A stretch of 5,193 bases of DNA, from positions 1 through 5,193 of the forward strand of contig JAQVRT010000048.1 of NCBI GenBank assembly GCA_028700905.1. The letters are read 5' to 3'. Of the stretch, positions 1 through 5,193 are shown piece after piece (the first letter of the stretch is position 1; every line of letters starts with the position of its first letter). A program made the translations under genes and the position numbers. Source of the DNA: Candidatus Iainarchaeum sp. (GTDB lineage Archaea; Iainarchaeota; Iainarchaeia; Iainarchaeales; CSSED10-239). Below the pieces are notes generated by a model that saw only the letters and a program-made list of their open reading frames with translations, did no database searches and had not been told where the DNA came from.

Positions 1-3000
1 TAGTTACTTGTTAAAGTATCATTAAAGTTCTGTAAGATTTTTTGATTTAATTGTTCAGAAGTTTCTGAAAACTTCTTAAGGTTAGAACTGAATACTTGAG
101 GAGAAGATCCAAAGTATACATCCATGTTTGCATAAACTATTGCTTTGTTATCAAAAGAATCATAATTTTTTAAGAAATAATCAACAGTTGTATATTGATA
201 ATCACCAATTTCTACAATATTATTTCCATTAGTAGTTAAACCTTTAGTCTTAATGATTGTTATTTCCTTTAAGTCTGTTGGAACAGCATTTAAAACTCTA
301 TTTGCTTGATCTATATAATCATTTAAAGTTTCTTTATCAGAAACATCAAAGCCATCACAAACACCATTTGCACAAAAATCTACTTTTACTTCTGATTTTT
401 TAATAGTATTATTTTCTTTTTCAAAATAAATACCATTAATATTTATATAATTATCATTTGAAGTAACTTCTTTTAATTTATCTGCTTTCTTTGTTAAGAA
501 ATTATAGAATTGTTCTTGATCACAGAAATAATCTTCACAAGAAGAATCTGTAATATCTTCTGGTAAGTAATCAAATAAGATTTTATTAAATCCATATTCA
601 TTATAGGCATTAGAACCTGTATGTCCAAGATTTGTTGAAAGGTCAGGAGCAAGACAAACTAAAGAATCATCTGTTGTTTGAGAAGGATCAGTTTTTCCAG
701 AGTCACCCTCTTCTTTAGAGCCAACTTCTTTTGTTGACACATCAGCTTTTACACCAATTAAAGTACTACCTTGGTATTTACCTTTATTTGTTGTATCTAA
801 AATTCTCCAAATCTCAAAATTTTGGTTTGTAAGAGAATCTTTACTTGTTTTAAATAAATCTAAGATATTATAATTATCATTTATTGCTAAAATATTATCA
901 AATGATTCAACTGGTCTTTCAAAACATAATTTAAAGATGTTTTTATTTTTAGTAATAAACTCAAGACTTACATCTAATGGATCATATTTTTTATTTAAAT
1001 AATATTTTCCTGGATTTTGTATATATGAAGTTTCTACAATACCATTTATAGGGAAGTCTTTTACATATCCATAGAAACATCTTTTACTTGTAGGATCTTG
1101 ATCAATTTGTGTGAATTTATCTGCAGCAAGTTCTCCTTCTGGAACATTGATAATAACTGCATTGTTATTAGGATCAAGGGTATATGTTAATTTTACAGAA
1201 GTATCAATAAATGAAATTTCTTCATCACTAATAGCTTCATCATCTAATAATTCTTTTAAAAGACCTATATTATCAGGATTATCTAAAATTAACCATTGGA
1301 AATTATCCTTAAGTTCCATACCTATATTATTATAGATAAGTGAAGCTTGTCCTGTTGGTGGTTGAAGTCCAACTTGTAAAGAAAACTTTAAGTTAACTGC
1401 GTCTTCAACATCAATTAATATTTTTCTAAATGAAGAAATAACACCAGCAGCTAAAGAATACTCAGAATATTTATTCATATATTCTTTTACAGACTTAGTA
1501 TTTTCAATTTCAGGATTTCTTCTTAATGCAATTTCCCAAACTTCCATTGGTTCATTTGTTGTTGTATTTGTTAAATAATCAACTTTTATTGGTTGAATTC
1601 TTCCTTGCATATCTCCTACATTTAAGAAAGATACACCATCAAAGTCAAGTGAAATTAAATCAAGATAATTTACTTCAACTATTCTATAACCTTGTGCAAA
1701 GCAAGTATTAATTACTTTTACAAGTTGATAGTTAGGATCAATAATATTTGAAAAATCTAATTTTTGAGGAGTTACTTGTATACAATTTGAAGACATAAAA
1801 CTAATTGGTAATGTTAAAGAAAATAATACATCTCCAATTGTTGAATAGTTTTCATTAGATGCAAGAGATGCCTTAGCATTTACAGGTATTTTAAAAGTAC
1901 CCATAGACTCTCCACCTAAAACACTAATTTCTTCTGTATCTCCAGGCTCTATTGTAAATTCTTTATCTGATGTAACTGTTAAACCATATGTTGAATCAAG
2001 TTTAATATCAACAGCTTCAGAACAATTATTTTTAATATAGAAAGGTCTTGTTGGACAATTCATGTTATTTGTAAAGCCCATGTTTCCATAATTACCTTGA
2101 GGATAACCTGTTAAGAAATTATAACTATCATAATTTCCAAAAGTATTTTGGAATTGTGAGGTAGGGAAATTATAAGGGTTAAATACAGAATTTTGATTTC
2201 CTGTATAATTTGTTTGTCCCACTAAATTATATCTAGGATTATAAATACCTTGTTGTTGTGTAAAATAACCAGGACCTTGTTGATAGTAATTTCTAGAATT
2301 GAATTGGTTATTAGGATTATATGTTGCACTAAAATTATTTCCACCAAAATAAGGATTATTAAAAGCTCCTCCTTGGTTTACTCCACCATAATAATTACCA
2401 TAATTATTAAGACCAGAATACCAATTACATGCAAGAGCAGGAATAGTCTCTCTTGGGATCTCAATACATTCTGAATAATCATTAATAATTGTTTTTAAAG
2501 GAAGTCTTGTTTTAACTTCATCAACACCATTAATATTTCCTTTCTTTGAAGTAAAATAAATTATTGGTGTTTTAACATCTGAAACTATTTTATGTGCTTT
2601 AAACTTTAATTGTAAAGTTGTCTTTGATTTCTTTAAAAGAGTTGATAATATTTCAGTTTCAGTTAAATTCTCTAAAATATATTCTTTTCCAGAAACAACA
2701 ATAGATAAAACTCCAGTTTCAGATTCATTACCCCAATCAACCATTGCATTAATAGTTCCTAAATCAACAGAAACATTCTTTGAAGTACAAGTGTTTTCTA
2801 AAGTGAAATCTAATGTTTTTGTTTCTTGAGATTTAGCTCTAATTGTTCCTTCAAGAGGTAGAACTTTTAAACATTCAAGAGAATCAAGAGAATTTCCTAA
2901 AACTATTCTTACAGTTAATGGAACTGTAATAACCCAAGTTTTATTCATTTCTTCACTTTTAATTTTAATTGCAACTTCTGTATTAATTGTTTGTTGATTA

Positions 3001-5193
3001 TAAAGATTAATACCTTTATCTGTTAATGTTGCTGTTAGAGAAATATCATTTTGAGAAACACCATTTATGATATTTTCTTCAATACCTAAATCAAGATCAA
3101 CAAATTCATTATCAGTAAATACTGATGCAGAAACAATTGTTAAAGGAACATAAGATTCATTATATAAACTAAAATTATAAACTTCTCTTATAGCTTTTGA
3201 AGAATCAATTGTTAAATCAATTTTTTCAGGAATTGTTGTTATTAATTTATCATCAATTACAATTTCTGTTTTAACTGTTTTATAATCATCTTTCTTTACA
3301 ACAATCTTTAAAACATCTCCAAGATCAGTTGCAGGAATTACATGCCCAAATAATCCTTCTTGGTTAGTTGAACCTACAGTTAAACTTCTATCATTAATTG
3401 AAAGTTCAACAATTGCATTTGAAATATAATTATTAGAATCATCAGTTACAACAACTAGTAAATCATTTGAAACAAAAGGAACTATTTTCCTTGGAACAAA
3501 CTCTACAAACATTTCTTTTGCAGGATCAATTTCAAGATATATTTTTTTAGAGAATACAACTTCTCCATTTGAAACTATTGAAAAGTCTAAAACATCAGAA
3601 ACATCATCTATTACTTTAAAAGCAAGTTCTCCAGTTATTAAATCATTTGAAACTAAAGAACCTAAATCAATTCCATCATAATCCTCTCCAACTAAAAGAG
3701 AACCAGTTCCTGAAGTAATAGAATAACCATCTAAATCAACAGAACTACCTGAAGAAATTACAAGCATTGAGTTAGGTGCAATTTTTCCATCTAAAACATT
3801 TAAACTAAATGAAAGTCTATAATTATTATCTAATTTAGCTTTATAACTATCTATTATATTTCTTGATAAATTATTTTGTGTGTTTGTCATAATAAATGCA
3901 TAACACATAAGTGAAGTACATTGATTTTGAGTTCCTAAAAATAATTGAACTTGTTTTGCTTGAGCATATAAATTTTGTTTACTTGTTGAAGAACTATAAG
4001 AAGAATCAACAGGTGATCTTATAATACTTGAACCTTGATAAAACTCTGCTCTATAATTTACAGCTTGGTTTGCAAAAGCTGTATCTAAAACAACAACATC
4101 TGCTTCAATTAAATAACTTCCTTGCATTGGATTATTTAAAGTTAAATTAAACCATTTTGCATTTCTTAAAGTTTTATTTGAATAGTCAATACCTTCTCCA
4201 TTACATGGAGTAAAAGTTAATGAACCGATCTTATCAGATTTTGCAAAACGTACATCTTTTATAAAAATTAAATCTTCTAAAACATTATATGTGTTTGAAG
4301 AACATAAAGGACTTGGAACTTCTCCAGTTCTTATATGTGCAACTGCTTTAGAATATTCTTTTGTAACATTTAATAAATATTTAGCAGTAACTTGCATACC
4401 TGCAGCCACTGAATTTATTTTTTCTCCTTCAGCATTATAAAAACCTAAAAATTCAATACCAGATGTTTGTCCAACAGTTCCTGGAATTGTAAAATTCAAA
4501 GTATTTATTTCGTTTGCATTTGTTGAATACTTTGGAGTTATAAATTTAGAATCTAAATTATCAATAACAAAATAAATTTGTTTATCAGCTCTAATCTTTA
4601 TTATTGTAAAACCATCTTGGTTTGTTGTTGTGGTTTTATCTTGCATTAAAGTATCGTTTGTTGCATCATAAACATATACATTTCCTTGATAGAAATCTCC
4701 ATACTCAGAAACTAAATTAATATTAAAAGTTCCTTCACCTATACTCATCTTTATAGTTTCTTCAGTAATTTCTTGTTCTGAGATTCTAAAAGGATTTGTA
4801 GGATTTGAAGTAAATTGATCTTTAGTTGCATCAAGTCTATATTCTTTACCTAAATCTAAATTTGTGAAAACAGCTTTACCATAAACATCAGCTGTAATTG
4901 TTCTAATAATAATATTTTCAGTATCATCCCATAATCTTATGGTTGCAAAATCAACAGGTTTTGCAAAATCATCAACAACAGTTATAACTAAACTTCTTAA
5001 GTTTTCATTTGTTATTGGAGTTAAGGCAATTTGTTTAATAGATTCACTTATTCTTTGATTATTTTCAGTTCTTATTATATAATTAGGATGATTAAATAAA
5101 ACTTTATAAGAAATATTTTCTTCAACACCAAAAGAAACAACTCCTTCTTTATTTGAATTAATTGTTTTTAAAATATCATTTCCTTTGTATATT
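1..5193 (-). CDS. Internal fragment (5' and 3' ends both outside the window) of a giant (>1,730 aa), probably secreted or cell-surface multidomain protein; hypothetical, no family name assignable
   Basis: I translated the reverse complement by hand in the frame with codons at + positions 3k..3k+2. All 1,730 codons from 5192 down to 3 are open: no in-frame tta, cta or tca triplet occurs on the + strand. The translation starts IYKGNDILKTINSNKEGVVSFGVEE and ends SEQLNQKILQNFNDTLTSN. It is protein-like throughout, with alternating beta-strand patterns and domain-sized periodicity. Codon usage is coherently AT-biased: Arg is almost always AGA (about 32 AGA against 1 AGG and 1 CGT), Leu is mostly TTA, and all 8 Trp are TGG. 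No other frame in the track holds an ORF longer than 74 aa. Confidence 0.9.
3..1500 (-). other. C-terminal-ward region of about 500 aa with unknown fold, apparently mixed alpha/beta, carrying two C-x4-C motifs
   Basis: The peptide runs KSVKEYMNKYSEYSLAAGVISSFRKILIDVEDAVN...QWLILDNPDNIGLLKELLDDEAISDEE...CFYGYVKDFPINGIVE...VCLAPDLSTNLGHTGSNAYNEYGF...CEDYFCDQEQFYNFL...VDFCANGVCDGFDV...SEQLNQKILQNFNDTLTSN. It lacks the regular strand periodicity of the upstream modules. I recognise no family. Confidence 0.3.
663..743 (-). other. Acidic, Ser/Thr/Gly-rich hydrophilic linker, probably disordered
   Basis: The peptide is DVSTKEVGSKEEGDSGKTDPSQTTDDS. It has no hydrophobic core residues. It coincides with the locally most GC-rich line I sampled (661-720, 23 G+C in 60 nt). 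Confidence 0.5.
1510..2057 (-). other. Two further Cys-bracketed Ig-like/beta-sandwich modules
   Basis: The first module is CPTRPFYIKNNCSEAVDIKLDSTYGLTVTSDKEFTIEPGDTEEISVLGGESMGTFKIPVNAKASL...LFSLTLPI. The second is CIQVTPQKLDFSNIIDPNYQLVKVINTCFAQGYRIVEVNYLDLISLDFDGVSFLNVGDMQGRIQPIKVDYL. The run F-x-I-x-P-G-x-x-x-x-I-x-V is typical of Ig-like folds. Fold class is inferred only. Confidence 0.35.
2058..2420 (-). other. 121-aa N/G/Y/Q/F-rich, nearly uncharged low-complexity (prion-like) segment within the CDS
   Basis: The peptide is YSGLNNYGNYYGGVNQGGAFNNPYFGGNNFSATYNPNNQFNSRNYYQQGPGYFTQQQGIYNPRYNLVGQTNYTGNQNSVFNPYNFPTSQFQNTFGNYDSYNFLTGYPQGNYGNMGFTNNMN. My hand count gives N 28, G 18, Y 17, Q 12, F 11, T 8, P 7 and S 6. 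Only 2 R and 1 D are charged, and there is no K or E. The flanking sequence is K/E/D-rich. Confidence 0.85.
2484..2879 (-). other. Ig-like/beta-sandwich module (about 130 aa) containing a Cys pair
   Basis: The peptide is LECLKVLPLEGTIRAKSQETKTLDFTLENTCTSKNVSVDLG...GVLSIVVSGKEYILENL...TTLQLKFKAHKIVSDVKTPIIYFTSKKGNINGVDEVKTRLPLKTII. It is strand-rich, with the pattern L-x-F-x-L-x-N-x-C. Confidence 0.35.
2901..3233 (-). other. Ig-like/beta-sandwich module (about 110 aa)
   Basis: The peptide is IPEKIDLTIDSSKAIREVYNFSLYNESYVPLTIVSASVFTDNEFVDLDLG...ISLTATLTDKGINLY...EVAIKIKSEEMNKTWVITVPLTVRIV. The run F-x-L-x-N-x-S-x-x-P-L-x-I followed by further strands is typical of PapD/ASH/CARDB-like Ig folds. 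The fold class is inferred only. Confidence 0.4.
3255..3461 (-). other. Carboxypeptidase-regulatory-like (CarboxypepD_reg/PEGA-type) beta-sandwich repeat
   Basis: The peptide is LLVVVTDDSNNYISNAIVELSINDRSLTVGSTNQEGLFGHVIPATDLGDVLKIVVKKDDYKTVKTEIVI. It has the same V-V-x-D, I-x-x-A-x-V-x-L, T-x-x-x-G-x-F, G-x-x-L-x-I-x-V-x-K-x-x-Y layout as 4773-5000. The DNA of the two repeats shows no obvious identity. Confidence 0.55.
3805..4484 (-). other. Uncharacterised module of about 225 aa with four Cys, inserted between the beta-sandwich repeats
   Basis: The peptide runs PGTVGQTSGIEFLGFYNAEGEKINSVAAGMQVTAKYLLNV ... PLCSS ... TPCNG ... QNQCTSLMCYAF ... YRLSFSL. I recognise no family motif. The Cys residues fall in two close pairs. 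Confidence 0.3.
4485..4757 (-). other. Third, more divergent beta-sandwich repeat of the same general type
   Basis: The peptide is TIKMSIGEGTFNINLVSEYGDFYQGNVYVYDATNDTLMQDKTTTTNQDGFTIIKIRADKQIYFVIDNLDSKFITPKYSTNANEINTLNFTI. It has alternating hydrophobic strands and a T-x-x-D-G-x-F core, followed by an I-Y-F-V strand. Confidence 0.4.
4773..5000 (-). other. Carboxypeptidase-regulatory-like (CarboxypepD_reg/PEGA-type) beta-sandwich repeat
   Basis: The peptide is LRSLVITVVDDFAKPVDFATIRLWDDTENIIIRTITADVYGKAVFTNLDLGKEYRLDATKDQFTSNPTNPFRISEQ. It fits the classical layout of about 75 aa: V-x-V-x-D-x-x-x-x-P-V-x-x-A-x-I-x-L, then T-x-x-D-x-x-G-x-x-x-F-x-x-L-x-x-G-x-Y-x-L. This is a motif-level call from memory of the family. 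Confidence 0.55.
5041..5192 (-). other. C-terminal part of a carboxypeptidase-regulatory/PEGA-like beta-sandwich repeat (protein-domain annotation within the CDS)
   Basis: The peptide is IYKGNDILKTINSNKEGVVSFGVEENISYKVLFNHPNYIIRTENNQRISES. It shows the pattern T-x-S/D-x-x-G-x-x-x-F, then Y-x-V, then a hydrophobic-Y strand, which is typical of the second half of such repeats. This is recognised by eye only, with no HMM run. Confidence 0.35.

Noticed and set aside
1111-1335. Track ORF on the + strand, 74 aa (MNLSAASSPSGTLIITALLLGSRV...)
   Set aside because: It lies entirely antisense to the 1,730-codon minus-strand ORF. Its product is a low-complexity L/S/I-rich peptide of the kind produced by reading AT-rich coding sequence backwards. 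I see no independent support such as conservation logic or a convincing RBS context.
1526-1711. Track ORF on the + strand, 61 aa (MQFPKLPLVHLLLYLLNNQLLL...)
   Set aside because: This is also an antisense artefact within the giant minus-strand ORF. It is a leucine-rich nonsense-like peptide barely above the track's apparent length cutoff.
2058-2420. Asn/Tyr-codon-rich segment as the variable region of a diversity-generating retroelement
   Set aside because: AAY-rich codons are typical of DGR targets. However, I saw no template-repeat-like second copy in the window, and at 363 nt the segment is longer than typical variable regions. It also sits mid-protein between Ig-like modules and not at the C-terminus of a C-type-lectin fold. 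This cannot be fully excluded without the flanks, where a reverse transcriptase and template repeat should be sought.
2250-2474. Track ORF on the + strand, 74 aa (MLLCKITRTLLIVISRIELVIRIICC...)
   Set aside because: It is antisense to the N/Q/G/Y-rich segment of the real CDS. Its I/R/T/K-rich composition mirrors that low-complexity coding region and does not suggest a gene.
3542-3548. T7 homopolymer (A7 on the coding strand), plus several T6 runs, as slipped-strand phase-variation switches
   Set aside because: Runs of 6-7 A/T are expected by composition in sequence of about 30% GC. They are shorter than typical phase-variable tracts, and there is no population-level length variation to inspect here.
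1-5193. Alternative genetic code (TGA=Trp/Gly, or TAA/TAG=Gln) as the reason no minus-strand ORF is listed
   Set aside because: No recoding is needed. The frame contains zero in-frame TGA, TAA or TAG. All 8 Trp are TGG and Gln is encoded by CAA/CAG. In an AT-rich code-4 genome TGA would be expected to supply many Trp codons. The ORF is missing from the track because both of its ends lie outside the window.
1-5193. Origin from an AT-rich eukaryote (Dictyostelium or Plasmodium-like) because of the N-rich protein
   Set aside because: There are no homopolymeric Asn/Gln runs, no intron-like interruptions over 5.2 kb, and the architecture is a prokaryote-style beta-sandwich surface protein. This is a judgement, not a proof, and taxonomy needs flanking genes or a database search.
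1-5193. tRNA, rRNA, ncRNA, CRISPR repeats, IS/transposon ends, promoters, terminators
   Set aside because: The window has no non-coding space. I saw no direct-repeat/spacer periodicity, no terminal inverted repeats and no GC-rich stem-loop followed by a T-run that is not simply coding sequence. I therefore claim no such features.

Overview
The whole 5,193-nt window is AT-rich (roughly 30% GC, judged by eye from sampled lines) and lies inside one uninterrupted reading frame on the minus strand. Codons occupy + strand positions 3k..3k+2, so the first complete codon is 5192-5190 and the last is 5-3. I translated all 1,730 codons of the reverse complement by hand and found no TAA, TAG or TGA. Neither a start nor a stop lies in the window. 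That probably explains why the supplied ORF track, which seems to list only complete ORFs, shows nothing on the minus strand. The three short + strand ORFs it does list are antisense artefacts. The window is therefore an internal piece of a giant gene whose product exceeds 1,730 aa. The translated fragment is hydrophilic throughout, with no transmembrane-like stretch. It reads as a string of beta-sandwich modules: several resemble carboxypeptidase-regulatory/PEGA-like repeats and several look Ig-like. It has 19 Cys, mostly in close pairs, and about 19 N-x-S/T sequons, which suggests a secreted or cell-surface protein. The most unusual element is a 121-aa N/G/Y/Q/F-rich, almost uncharged, prion-like low-complexity segment (2058-2420) between two Cys-bracketed Ig-like modules. 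The roughly 500 aa toward the C-terminus (3-1500) match no fold I recognise and carry two C-x4-C motifs. I can support no RNA genes, CRISPR arrays, mobile elements, intergenic regions or regulatory sites. The source organism cannot be determined. The standard genetic code fits, and a low-GC archaeon or bacterium (or one of their mobile elements or viruses) is only a guess.
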